DNA of 58,712 bases from a virus. Taxonomy: Duplodnaviria > Caudoviricetes. The notes below the pieces were generated by a model, which searched no databases, had not been told where the DNA came from, and saw nothing but the letters and a program-made list of their open reading frames with translations. Position numbers and translations under genes: made by a program. Within the stretch, counting starts at the first letter, position 1; every line of letters begins with the position of its first letter. The stretch is from IMG/VR virus record IMGVR_UViG_3300046705_000051, positions 1-58,712 of that record; one strand, given 5' to 3'. Shown in pieces: positions 37,573 to 47,596 of this stretch.

Positions 37573-38127
37573 ATGCAGATCAGCGAGAAGGACTTCGAGG
37601 ATTGGGTGGTAGAGCACATCGGCCTGTTTCTTGGAGACGAGAGGGCGCGGGTGCTCTGCCGCCAAGTCCGGCTGCCGGACGGCGGCATCATGGACGTACT
37701 GGCCACGGTGCCCGACACGCCGTCAGGTGCGGTTATCTACCTGATCGAGCTGAAGCGGGACACGATCAACGAAGCCGCGCTCACCCAGCTATTGGCGTAC
37801 AAGGGTGTGTTCGAGACCTACGTGCTCGACGGCTCCGAGCGTCCGGGCGAGACCTGGTACACTGTCCGTGGGATCGTGGCGGCCCCGGCCATCACCGAAC
37901 AGGCCGAGAAGTGCCTACTCGGGCTTGACGTCGAGTTCATCCAGCTCAAGGTCACGGTTGCCGCTCGCCGTGACCTCGACTTCCGGTTGTCGACCTACAA
38001 CCAGGGCGATGCGTGCACCCTCTCGATGCTGGTTAAGGAGGCGGTCTTTGATGTCCTGATCCCAGAATCCTCGTGGCCGAACGGCGGGCTGAGGACCGAC
38101 AACGGAGGTGCGCCGTCCGATGGCTGA
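37573..38127 (+). CDS. NucS-like PD-(D/E)xK endonuclease
   Basis: SEKDFEDWV, RQVRLPDGGIMDVL, LIELKR, ALTQLLAY. Confidence 0.7.
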   Translation: MQISEKDFEDWVVEHIGLFLGDERARVLCRQVRLPDGGIMDVLATVPDTPSGAVIYLIELKRDTINEAALTQLLAYKGVFETYVLDGSERPGETWYTVRGIVAAPAITEQAEKCLLGLDVEFIQLKVTVAARRDLDFRLSTYNQGDACTLSMLVKEAVFDVLIPESSWPNGGLRTDNGGAPSDG

Positions 38128-39340
38128 TGGCCCGAGCTACGCGCGGTTGGCACGTACGTACTGGTCGGATCCGGATATCCGGGCCCTTCCGATGGAGTTG
38201 AGCCACCTGCTGATCTACTATTTCAGTAGTCCGCACGGTAACCTCGCGGGCTTGTACTTCCTGCCGTTCGTGTACGCCTCGAAGGAGGCCAAGCTTCCGA
38301 TCGAGGGCATCGTGGAATGGACGACCGGCCCGCTACGCCCGTTCGTCACCTACGATGCCGAGAGCGAGGAGATTCTGGTGCACCGCGCCGCCCGTCACCA
38401 GATCGGTGAGACCTTGAAGGCCGGGGACAACCGGGCCAAGATGATCGACCGCATTCTACGGGATACGCATTCGAAGCCCCTGGTCCGCAAGTTCCTCGAC
38501 CTGTACCGCGACTGGCCGGTCGCGGGCCCACCGGATGTTGTCGCCCCTCGGGGGCCCGCCGTGCCTCCCGAAACAACGAAACCTGTGGAAAACCGAGGGT
38601 CACAAAGCCCCTTGGTAAGCCCCTTGGTAAGCCCCTTACCAAGCCTAGTCAGTAGCAGTAGCAGTAGCCAAGCACCTACTAAAGCAGTAGCAGTCCAAGG
38701 GGCTTCGGAGCCCCAGACCGACCGACCGCCGACCGCGGAAGTTGAGGATATCGTCAGTCAGTTGGTCGTCTGCGCCAACCGCGGCATGGCGGCGAACCCG
38801 GCCATCGACCAGCAGCGGTTCCGGCCGATCGACACGAGCCACGGAAGCCGCAGCCATGTCGTCGAGTGGCTACAGCGTGGGATCCCCGCCGAGCTGATCC
38901 GCGCCACCCTCGACGACCGGGCCCGGTCGTTCCAGCCCAGCGGGCGCCACTTCCAGATCAGCACTATGCGCTACTTCGAGAGCGCCGTCCTCGATGCCTA
39001 CGACAAGCAATGCCTGACCAACTCGGAGGCCGGGCAGATCACGGTCGAGCTGCCGCGGAGCCCTGCCAAGCGCTCCGGGACGCTGACACGGGTCGATGGC
39101 ACCGATCCCGACGCTGAGGCGGCCCGCCGTGCCCGCCTCGAAGATCAAGCCATCCAGAAGTGGGCGGCAGAGCACCCCAAGGACGAAGCCGAGATCCTGG
39201 AGGCCCTATCGGCTGAGGTGTCAAGGGACTTCGGCGGCGGGCCGATCGGCGGCCGAACGATGGAACTGGTCGTCAAGTCCCGGTACCGGACCGCCGTCCT
39301 GGCCCGCATCACGCCGCCGCTAAAACTGGTGAAGCCATGA
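38120..39340 (+). CDS. Replication initiator (O-like)
   Basis: YWSDPD...SSPHGNLAGLY N-terminus; internal iterons in a Ser-rich linker. Confidence 0.75.
   Translation: MADGPSYARLARTYWSDPDIRALPMELSHLLIYYFSSPHGNLAGLYFLPFVYASKEAKLPIEGIVEWTTGPLRPFVTYDAESEEILVHRAARHQIGETLKAGDNRAKMIDRILRDTHSKPLVRKFLDLYRDWPVAGPPDVVAPRGPAVPPETTKPVENRGSQSPLVSPLVSPLPSLVSSSSSSQAPTKAVAVQGASEPQTDRPPTAEVEDIVSQLVVCANRGMAANPAIDQQRFRPIDTSHGSRSHVVEWLQRGIPAELIRATLDDRARSFQPSGRHFQISTMRYFESAVLDAYDKQCLTNSEAGQITVELPRSPAKRSGTLTRVDGTDPDAEAARRARLEDQAIQKWAAEHPKDEAEILEALSAEVSRDFGGGPIGGRTMELVVKSRYRTAVLARITPPLKLVKP
38605..38705. repeat. Iterons / replication origin
   Basis: AAGCCCCTTGGT twice plus AAGCCCCTTACC in tandem (38605-38640), AGTAGC x3, and an inverted copy CCAAGGGGCTT at 38695-38705. 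Confidence 0.75.
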
Positions 39341-39428
39341 CCGCCATCCGATCGGTCGTCGTCGAGGAACTGACAGCCGGCGGCATTGCCCCGCCAAGCA
39401 TTGCGGACCTTCTGCGACCGGGGGCGGC

Positions 39429-39935
39429 ATGAGCCGGTACGCCTACGCCGATCCGCCCTACTTGGGCCTCGCCGAGAAGTTCTACGGCGACCCGACATAC
39501 GACGCCATCGAGGCGCACGGGGCGCTGATCGAACGCCTGTCCGCCGACTACCCGGACGGCTGGGCGTACTCGCTGCACACGCCGACACTACGCCTGATCC
39601 TGCCGCTGTGTCCGCCGGACGTTCGGGTCATGGCATGGGTGAAGCCCTTCGCGTCGTTCAAGCCGGGCGTCAATCCGGGCTACGCATGGGAGCCGGTCAT
39701 CGTTCGCGGCGGACGCTCGCACCGCGGCCGGACCGAGCCGACCGTGAGGGACTGGGTGGCCCAGAGCATCACGCTGCGCCGCGGCTTTACGGGTGCCAAG
39801 CCGGAGGGATTCTGCTTCTGGCTGTTCGAGGTTCTGGGCATCCTGCCGGGCGATGAGTTCGACGACCTGTTCCCCGGAAGCGGCGCCGTCGGCATAGCGT
39901 GGGACAAATGGCGCCGTCAGACGAGGATCGCATGA
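39429..39935 (+). CDS. Short amino-methyltransferase-like protein
   Basis: YADPPY, WVKP, YAWEPV, AKP...DLFPGSG. Confidence 0.7.
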   Translation: MSRYAYADPPYLGLAEKFYGDPTYDAIEAHGALIERLSADYPDGWAYSLHTPTLRLILPLCPPDVRVMAWVKPFASFKPGVNPGYAWEPVIVRGGRSHRGRTEPTVRDWVAQSITLRRGFTGAKPEGFCFWLFEVLGILPGDEFDDLFPGSGAVGIAWDKWRRQTRIA

Positions 39936-40429
39936 AGCCCCGCCAGCGTCGCAAGCCATCAGGCGGACGGCCCACAGTCGGGGGCTTAGAACCGAGCCCG
40001 GCCCCTGTTTGCCGGGAGTCGGGCCTGCTGTTCCGGCTGGAACTGCCGCTGCCCGAGTCACCGAACCGGCGCAAGAGTCACCACATGGCGTTGCACCGTC
40101 AGGCCGGCGAATACAAGGCGGCAGCATGGGCCAGAGCGATTCGGCAGGCGAGGCCGTTGCACGAACTGGACGTGCCGATGCTGGTCGTCATCCGGTCACG
40201 GTTCTACCTGCCGAAGAAGCGCGACGACGACAACGCCAGTTCCAGCCTCAAGTGGGCCATCGATTCGCTCAAGTGGAAGCAGACCGGCCGCGTCGAGTGG
40301 AAGCAGGGCGCGTTCGACGAGAAGGGGTACTTTTACGACGACGACCCGGCGCATTGCAGCGTTGAGAAGCCGCACCAGGTCGTGCAACGCACGGACCACC
40401 GATTGGAGGTCGAGATATGGAACGGATGA
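39932..40429 (+). CDS. RusA-like Holliday junction resolvase
   Basis: LPLPESPN, RDDDN...K-x-x-IDSL, DDD. Confidence 0.7.
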   Translation: MKPRQRRKPSGGRPTVGGLEPSPAPVCRESGLLFRLELPLPESPNRRKSHHMALHRQAGEYKAAAWARAIRQARPLHELDVPMLVVIRSRFYLPKKRDDDNASSSLKWAIDSLKWKQTGRVEWKQGAFDEKGYFYDDDPAHCSVEKPHQVVQRTDHRLEVEIWNG

Positions 40430-41096
40430 GCACACCGACAGGCTACGAGGGCGTAACCGCCCGGATCGCAGCGATACTAGCCGACGACCCCGACGATGCG
40501 ATGGGATACGCCGCCGAGATCGTACAGGCCGAGATCGCCCCGCTGGTGGGGGTGCTGGAAATTGCCCGTCAATACGTGATTACCGCTGGCGTAGACTTCG
40601 GCAATGACGTGACCGCTAACCTGAGCAAGATCGACGCCGCCATCGACCGTGTGAGGCAGCCATGAGCGACCGTGAGAAGCTGGAAGGGATGAGCGCGGAG
40701 CAACTGGAGCGCGTGATTCGCTCACAGGACATCAGCACATCGATGGACGATGCTCTGTCCGAACTCGTGCGCCGCCTCACGGAGACGCAACAAGCTCTGG
40801 CAGAGGCGGCCACGGAGATCAACTGCGCGGGTCCGGTGGCCCATCGAATCCGGATCATGAAGCGAGAACACGGCGAGCGCGTCGAGGAAATGGAGCGCCG
40901 CCTCACGGAAGCGGAGCAGGAGCGGGACCGGCTGCGAGGTCGGATTGTGAAGGCTTCTGATGCACTGGCTGAGAACGACACGAACGAGGCATATCACGAG
41001 CTCTACGCCGCCGTTGATCCTGACTTTGCCAGTATGGTACATCCGTTCGAGCGCTGGCGTGAACATGCTGAAGCATTGGAGGCCCATGCCAAATGA
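40426..41096 (+). other. Two hypothetical ORFs (40426-40665, 40662-41096)
   Basis: Coupled, helical. Confidence 0.55.
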
Positions 41097-42504
41097 GAAC
41101 GCCGCGAGAGCGGAGCGGGCCGAGCAGGTTGACAAGCTCGCGGAGCGTTTCCGGACCTCCCTCCTCGGGTCGCACGGTCAGGGTATCGGCTGGGACGTGC
41201 TCAAGGCCCTCCGCGACTACGCCGCCGCGCTCCGCTCCGCAGATGCCGACCGTCCAGCCCGAGCCGCGGAGGCTCCGGCACTGACGGCGCTGCTGGCCGA
41301 TGTCGAGACGTTGCTGGCTGATGCCAGCAGCGGGCTGCTGAGATACTACATCGCTGACAAACGCCTCGCCGCCTGCCGTGCCGAACTCGCCGCGCTGACG
41401 ACAGAGCCGACCGAGCCGACCGAGCCGGACGCGAGTGCAAAGCGCGCATGGGGGATCGTGACCGCGCTGCGGGCGGACAACGACCGTATGCGTACCACGC
41501 TCAACTGGCTGGCGAATACGGTCCGGCTCGCGCTCGATTCGGGTATCGATCCGCCGAGCGAGCCGGAGAAGGAGCCGTGGGTCGGCGCCGTGTGCCGGGA
41601 TGCTACGCCGGCCGAAATCGCGCTCGCGGAAATGCTGGACCGCTTCGACTGCGTGGGGAACGGGTACTGCTCGATCTGCGGGCGACACCGGCTCTACAAT
41701 CTCAGGGGCGGCATCGATCCGTGCAGCAACGTAGACTGCCCGAGTCACCGCTGGCGTGCTGCGCTGGACGGTCCCCGCTCGTCAGATGTAGCGGCGGGCG
41801 GGGAGCGCGCTGAGGTGGCCGCATTCGCTGGACTCATGGAGGATCGTCTACGCCGACACGATGACAGACGCGGCGCAAGAGGTTGGAGGGTCGAGTCCCG
41901 GCACTTCCTGTTCGGCCGGCTGCGAGAGGAAGTCGAGGAGCTACGGGGTGCCGTCGTGCCCGACGCGATCGCTGAGGAGGCCGCCGACGTGGCCAACTAC
42001 GCGATGATGATCGCGGATGTGGCTGGCGGCCTGTCCGACCGCACAATCCGTGTCCTGCAACAGCGGCGGGCCGCCAACGTGCCGTCAGACGTACCCGGTG
42101 GCTGGCCGCCCGGCACACTCTCGACCGAACGCCTGCGCCGCGAAATGCCAGCATTGGCGGCCGTTGCGGACAGTGCCGCGGACGAGCTGGTGGCAGACGT
42201 GCAGGCTGGCGGGGAGCCTGAGCGAGAGCCTTACCGCGGCGACACGTTCCAGTCCATCCAATCCGGCAGCATGATGGACCCTGCGACGTGGGAATACATA
42301 CCTGACCCGTTCACCACAGCGCCGGCCACGAACACCGAACCCGCCTTCCACGAGCCTGCCCGCATTGCGCTCGACCGCCTGATTGCCGAACGCGACCAGT
42401 GGAAGGATCGCTGCGAGCGGCTGGCGGAGCTGGTTGAGGCGTTGGAGGCCAGGATTCGTATATTGGAGGAGTCAGCAAGCCAACAGTCGGAGAAGGCAGA
42501 ATGA
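41086..42504 (+). CDS. Mosaic protein containing a MazG-like all-alpha NTP pyrophosphatase module
   Basis: RLREEVEEL...EEAADVANYAMMIAD; CxxC segments. Confidence 0.55.
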   Translation: MPNENAARAERAEQVDKLAERFRTSLLGSHGQGIGWDVLKALRDYAAALRSADADRPARAAEAPALTALLADVETLLADASSGLLRYYIADKRLAACRAELAALTTEPTEPTEPDASAKRAWGIVTALRADNDRMRTTLNWLANTVRLALDSGIDPPSEPEKEPWVGAVCRDATPAEIALAEMLDRFDCVGNGYCSICGRHRLYNLRGGIDPCSNVDCPSHRWRAALDGPRSSDVAAGGERAEVAAFAGLMEDRLRRHDDRRGARGWRVESRHFLFGRLREEVEELRGAVVPDAIAEEAADVANYAMMIADVAGGLSDRTIRVLQQRRAANVPSDVPGGWPPGTLSTERLRREMPALAAVADSAADELVADVQAGGEPEREPYRGDTFQSIQSGSMMDPATWEYIPDPFTTAPATNTEPAFHEPARIALDRLIAERDQWKDRCERLAELVEALEARIRILEESASQQSEKAE

Positions 42505-43234
42505 AACGCGAAATCCTGAAAACGGTTGACCGGGCCTACCGATTCGAGGATGGCGAGTGGTACGCCGCGCGGTTCTTCGTCGAAGCTTACGGTGATCGAG
42601 TGATGTTCTATTTCTCGCAGCAGGTTCCGAAACGACAGTCGGCCCGGGCAGAGTTTTATACCGGTACACTGCTGGCCGTCGGCTACCGGAACCCACGTAA
42701 GACCGCGTGGTTCAAGGCCGACGAACCATCCATTGCAGAGGCTGCGATGATTGCTACTGAGGCGTTCGCCAACCTGGTGCTTGGGTGGCGTGGTAACGCT
42801 GCCGCAGAGGATTCAGCGGTTGAGATATCCAAGGAGATCGAGCAAATCTCGGCGAGCGTTTCTGCGCTGCTCTCCGATGACTGACCTCGCGTCGCCGGCA
42901 AAGTCGTTGAATGGCTGACACCGGCCGGCAATACCAGGGCGAGGCCGTCTACCTCAAGCGAGCCAACGCCGACCTTGCCGACCTGCACGCCAGCCCTGCC
43001 ACCCGGAGGGCCGTGGACCGTGCCGCACGCGAAATGCTGGCCGTCGAGCGCATGTTCCACCGGCGCAAGGGCGAGCGTCGGGCCGACCCAAAGCCGGTAC
43101 CGCCGCCCGGTCGCCACATCGATGCACTGCCGCTGCCGGAGTCGGTCCGCCACAAGCTCTGCGGTATCGCGATCGACCTCGCGACCGCCTATCGCCACTG
43201 CCACACCGGGTCAGCAGGACGCCATGCGGCATAG
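42501..43234 (+). other. Two hypothetical ORFs (42501-42884, 42911-43234)
   Basis: ORF tiling before terS. Confidence 0.5.
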
Positions 43235-43273
43235 GGGGTGGATAAGGTCGGCGGGATCCACTACTTATGCGCC

Positions 43274-43786
43274 ATGAGCCTGAATGTCCGACAAGCTCGA
43301 TTCGTCGAGGAGTACCTCCTTGACCTGAACGCGAAGCAAGCCGCGATCCGCGCCGGATACTCTGAGAAAACGGCCGAGGCGCAGGGATCTCGGCTGTTGA
43401 CCCATGTTGAGGTCGCCAAGGCGATAGCTGCCGCGAGGGTCGACCGCACCGGCCGGACCGAGGTCGATCAGGATTACGTGGTGGTAAATCTGGTCGAGAT
43501 CGTCGAGCGGTGCATGCAGCGAGCCCCAGTCATGGTCGGTCACGGCGAGAACCGCATGCAACTGATGGACGATGGCAAATCCGTCTGGACCTTCAATGCG
43601 AAGGACGCCGTGGCTGCACTCAAGATTCTGGCCAAGCATACAGGCGGATTCTCGGACAAGGTCGACATTGTGGGCAGTCTGTCGGGTGTTCTGGAGGTCG
43701 TGGTCAAGGAAACGATCGTGGACCCCAAGAACCGGATCTCGCATGCCATGAACGGCAACGGTGCCAACGGTAGAGCTGGAACTTGA
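43274..43786 (+). CDS. terS: Terminase small subunit
   Basis: RQARFVEEYLLDLNAKQAAIRAGYSEKTAEAQGSRLL. Confidence 0.95.
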   Translation: MSLNVRQARFVEEYLLDLNAKQAAIRAGYSEKTAEAQGSRLLTHVEVAKAIAAARVDRTGRTEVDQDYVVVNLVEIVERCMQRAPVMVGHGENRMQLMDDGKSVWTFNAKDAVAALKILAKHTGGFSDKVDIVGSLSGVLEVVVKETIVDPKNRISHAMNGNGANGRAGT

Positions 43787-45029
43787 GATCGCGCGGTGGG
43801 CACTGCCGCTGCGTCACCCCGCCCGGTACAAGGGCGCGAAAGGCGGACGCGGTTCGGGCAAGTCGCACTGGTTTGCCGAGCGGGCCGTCCTCGCCATGGT
43901 CAGGGATCCCGAGCTGCGGTTCGTCTGCATTCGCGAGGTCCAGCGGTCGCTCAAGTTTTCTGCCAAGGCGCTCATCGAATCCAAGATCCGCGGCCTTGGC
44001 GTACAGGACCAATTCACGATCCTGACAACGGAGATCCGGCGACGTGGCGGCACCGGCATCATGATCTTCGAGGGCATGCAGGACCACACGGCCGACAGCC
44101 TGAAGTCGCTCGAAGGGTTCCGGCTGGCATGGGTAGAGGAAGCGCAGTCACTGTCGCAGCGAAGTCTCGACCTGCTGCTGCCGACGATCCGAATGGACGA
44201 CAGCGAGATATGGTTTTCGTGGAACCCGAACCAGCCCGATGACCCGGTCGACAAGTTCCTGGTCGCCAATCGCCCGGCGAACGCAACGGTCGTCCATACC
44301 AACTACCGCGATAATCCGTTCTGCCCGCAGACCACGCTCGACGAAGCCGCGAGGATGCAGGCGCTCGACTCCGACGCTTATGAGCACATCTGGCTTGGCG
44401 GCTACGACATCAAGTCGGACGCCAAGGTTCTGGCCGGCAAGTACGTCGTCGAGGAATTCGACGTGCCGTACGTCGAGGTTCCCAACGCGAGCCGGTTCCC
44501 GACGCTCGACTACCAGTGGGACGGTCCGTACCATGGCGCCGACCACGGCTTCGCGATGGATCCGCGCACGCTGGTCCGTCTGTGGATCGGCCCGCATCCG
44601 AAATGGGGCAAGCGCTGCCTGTACGTCGAGTACGAGAGCTACCACGTCAAGCTCGGCATCGACCGCACAGCGCAGCAGTGGGCGCAGGACGTGCCCGGAT
44701 TCGCCCGCTACGTCGTCCGCTGCGAGTCGGCCGAGCCCGGCACGAACGATTACCTGCGCCGCCATGGTGTGCCGCGACTCGAAGGCGTCAAGAAGTGGCA
44801 GGGTTCGGTTGAGGACGGCATCGCGCACCTTCGCAGCTACGACAAGATCATCGTGCATCCGCGTTGCGCTCACACTGCCGAGGAATGCCGGCTGTACAGC
44901 TACAAGGTCGACAAGCACACGGGCGACATCCTGCCCGACATCGAGGACCGACATAACCACTGCATCGACGCGAGCCGGTACGCGCTTGCACCGCTCATCA
45001 AGCCCGGACGGAGGCTGATCTTTGGCTGA
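43761..45029 (+). CDS. terL: Terminase large subunit (PBSX family)
   Basis: GGRGSGKS, LKSLEG, WVEEAQ, PTIR, HNHCIDASRY. Confidence 0.95.
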   Translation: MPTVELELEIARWALPLRHPARYKGAKGGRGSGKSHWFAERAVLAMVRDPELRFVCIREVQRSLKFSAKALIESKIRGLGVQDQFTILTTEIRRRGGTGIMIFEGMQDHTADSLKSLEGFRLAWVEEAQSLSQRSLDLLLPTIRMDDSEIWFSWNPNQPDDPVDKFLVANRPANATVVHTNYRDNPFCPQTTLDEAARMQALDSDAYEHIWLGGYDIKSDAKVLAGKYVVEEFDVPYVEVPNASRFPTLDYQWDGPYHGADHGFAMDPRTLVRLWIGPHPKWGKRCLYVEYESYHVKLGIDRTAQQWAQDVPGFARYVVRCESAEPGTNDYLRRHGVPRLEGVKKWQGSVEDGIAHLRSYDKIIVHPRCAHTAEECRLYSYKVDKHTGDILPDIEDRHNHCIDASRYALAPLIKPGRRLIFG

Positions 45030-45702
45030 CGCGCCGCTGACCGTCGTCTGCGTCCTGCGCCCCGGCGGCGACTTCGATGCGTCATGGGTCTGGGCGCTCA
45101 AGCGGGCGTGCAACCGGCACATCGGCGTGCCGTTTGAGTTCCGCTGCATCACGCATGTCGAAGCACTCACGGCATGGCGCATCCGCCCGCTGTACGACTG
45201 GCCGAAATGGTGGTCGAAGCTCGACGTATTCCGGCCCGGCATCTTCCCCGGTCCCGTGCTGTATATGGACCTGGACACGCTGCCGGTGGGCGACATGAGC
45301 GACATCGCGTCGTACCGTGGCGAGTTCGCGGGCATCAGCGACTTCTACAAGAGCCGCAAGTTGGGTGAGCGTGCCCCGTTACAGTCCGGAGTGATGGCGT
45401 TCACGCCCGGCCCGGTATCGTGGCAGCTATGGGAACGGTTCGTGGCCAACCCCGAGGGCAACATGCGCCGGTACCGTGGCGATGGCGAATGGATCGCGGC
45501 GCATGTTCCGAAAGCGGACCGCCTGCAATCGCTCTATCCCGGCCAGCTCGTCAGCTACAAGGCCGACGCGAAGGCGGGTCCGCCAGAAGGCGCGCGGTTG
45601 GTATGCGGCCACGGTCGGCCCCGGTTCAACACTTCGGCAGCAGGATGGGCGCACAAGGAATGGAGTTCACTCGCATTCGCAGAGGAGAAGGTAGTTCTAT
45701 GA
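45022..45702 (+). CDS. GT-A fold glycosyltransferase-like protein
   Basis: VVCVLRPGGDF, WWSKLDVF, LYMDLD (DxD), QSGVM, HGRPR. Confidence 0.75.
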   Translation: MADAPLTVVCVLRPGGDFDASWVWALKRACNRHIGVPFEFRCITHVEALTAWRIRPLYDWPKWWSKLDVFRPGIFPGPVLYMDLDTLPVGDMSDIASYRGEFAGISDFYKSRKLGERAPLQSGVMAFTPGPVSWQLWERFVANPEGNMRRYRGDGEWIAAHVPKADRLQSLYPGQLVSYKADAKAGPPEGARLVCGHGRPRFNTSAAGWAHKEWSSLAFAEEKVVL

Positions 45703-45996
45703 CGACAAAGAAAGAGAGCGTTTTGTGTGATTGGTGCGCTGGTGAGCCCACCGAGGAACGTGTCCGTATCATACCGCGCACTGGCCCGGTCAGGGACGTA
45801 TTCCTATGCAGCCGCTGTCGGCCGTTGGCCGAGAATCATCCAAACATCCTCCGGGCCGAGACCGTTGTTCCGGCCCACCCGCATTCGCAGAGGAGGTAGC
45901 ATGATGTTCTGGGTCGTCGTACTCGGGGCTGCATCGTTGGCGTTCGGCGCGTGTGCCGGGTACTTGCTGGCAACCCGCAAGCATACCCTCGGGTGA
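45699..45996 (+). other. Two small ORFs (45699-45899 Zn-finger-like; 45901-45996 single TM)
   Basis: RBSs and overlaps. Confidence 0.5.
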
Positions 45997-46832
45997 TCCA
46001 CCTTCGGGCGCAGAACTGGAGTAGTCTGGGCGATGACACGTTCTGGTGTTGGGCCGAGCGCGAGTTTCCGGGCGCTGTACGGGCCGATACCCAGCCGGTC
46101 GCGGCGGCGGACCACGTGCTGCACTACGGCTTACTCGGACCGCCAGCAAGGGACGGCGCACGAACGGTTGCGCTGCTGTGGGAGCAACACACGGAGATGC
46201 AGCGTGAGGTCGCGAAGCTGGCCCGCGCCGACTACCGGGCGCAGATACGCAAGCTCAACGGCGCGGCTGCCGTGTGTGGACGCCGGACGGTCGCGAGCCC
46301 ACTGATGGTCGATGACTTCTCGGCGCACGGTCCGGTGGACGTGCTGCCGATCGGCGTTGACACGGACCTGTGGCGGCCGGCCCAACATGGTTTCGAGCGC
46401 GCCGAGATCCGCGAGCGGTACAACATACCGCAGGACGTTCGGCTCGGATTCTGGGGCGGCAACGCGCACCCCATGAAGGGCTGGGACCTGATGGTCCGGT
46501 ACGCCAAGGATCATCCCGCGACATGGTGGGTGATCGTGTTCAAACGACCGCGCGACCAGCAGAAACACGGGTTCCGCGGCGTCACCGTGGCGGGCGAGCG
46601 ACAGGACCGGATCGCGGAGATGATGCGGATGTGCGACTTCGCGCTGTTCACGTCCAGACTCAGGCCGTACGTCATCTTCGAGTGGGAGGCCATGTCCACG
46701 AACCTGCCGGTCGTGAACGTTGGCCATCCAGACCGCGAGTTCACGCCGCGACCGGACCCGCGAAGCGACGTGCTTGACCGCGGCTGGGACCGACACACCG
46801 CGAAGGCGACATGGCTGGAGTACCTGTCATGA
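45993..46832 (+). CDS. GT-B (GT4-like) glycosyltransferase
   Basis: VLPIGVDTDLWRP, HPMKGWD, CDFALFTS, EAMSTNLPVV. Confidence 0.8.
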   Translation: MIHLRAQNWSSLGDDTFWCWAEREFPGAVRADTQPVAAADHVLHYGLLGPPARDGARTVALLWEQHTEMQREVAKLARADYRAQIRKLNGAAAVCGRRTVASPLMVDDFSAHGPVDVLPIGVDTDLWRPAQHGFERAEIRERYNIPQDVRLGFWGGNAHPMKGWDLMVRYAKDHPATWWVIVFKRPRDQQKHGFRGVTVAGERQDRIAEMMRMCDFALFTSRLRPYVIFEWEAMSTNLPVVNVGHPDREFTPRPDPRSDVLDRGWDRHTAKATWLEYLS

Positions 46833-47596
46833 CCAGCATCGCGGCGCTCGTCTACGCCAGCGTCCGCCACGCTCGCCACCTGTGGGACAATCTGCGCGCA
46901 ACGTGTCCGGAGCTGGCGACCGGCGAGGCCGAGTTCCAGATCATCGCCAATGACGCGACCGACGAAGTGCTTGCGTTCCTGGAGGCCGAGAGCATTCCGC
47001 ATGTTGTCCAGACCAACCCGCGCCTGAGCCGCCCGGAACTGGAGAAGCTGGGCATCGGCAAGCCGGAATACATCCGACGCGTCTATCAGGGCTGGAACCG
47101 GGCCATCACGGAAGCGCGACACGACTGCCTCGTCCTGTTGAGCAGCGACCACGTCATGTCGCCCGGCTGGTTGGGCGTGCTGCGCAGCAAGTGGCACTCC
47201 GGCATCGCGCTGAGTGCGCTGACGGTCGAGCCTGGCGGCGTACACGGCGTGTTCCCTGCCCGGCTCGGCGGCGGCACTGGCGCGGTCCGTGGCGCTTACG
47301 GCCACACGCTGGCGACGTTCGATGCGCGTGGCTTCGCGGCCCATGCTATTGCTCTAAGGGCCGACCGCCTGACGCCGGGCGGTGCTCACCAGCCGGTTAT
47401 GGTCAGCCGCCGAGCCGTGATCGATGCCGGCCTGTACCCCGAGGGCAACCTGCACGCCGGCACGTTTGACCGCATCAAGGAATATGGCGACCGCCGACTG
47501 TTTCGGCTGCTGCGTGAACGCGGGATCCTGCACCACACCTACCACGGCACGGTGGCGTACCACTTCGGCGAGGGCGAAATGAGGGAGGCAGCGTGA
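46829..47596 (+). CDS. GT2-like glycosyltransferase
   Basis: IIANDATD, GWNRAI, VLLSSDHVMSPGWL, YGD, YHFGEG. Confidence 0.75.
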   Translation: MTSIAALVYASVRHARHLWDNLRATCPELATGEAEFQIIANDATDEVLAFLEAESIPHVVQTNPRLSRPELEKLGIGKPEYIRRVYQGWNRAITEARHDCLVLLSSDHVMSPGWLGVLRSKWHSGIALSALTVEPGGVHGVFPARLGGGTGAVRGAYGHTLATFDARGFAAHAIALRADRLTPGGAHQPVMVSRRAVIDAGLYPEGNLHAGTFDRIKEYGDRRLFRLLRERGILHHTYHGTVAYHFGEGEMREAA

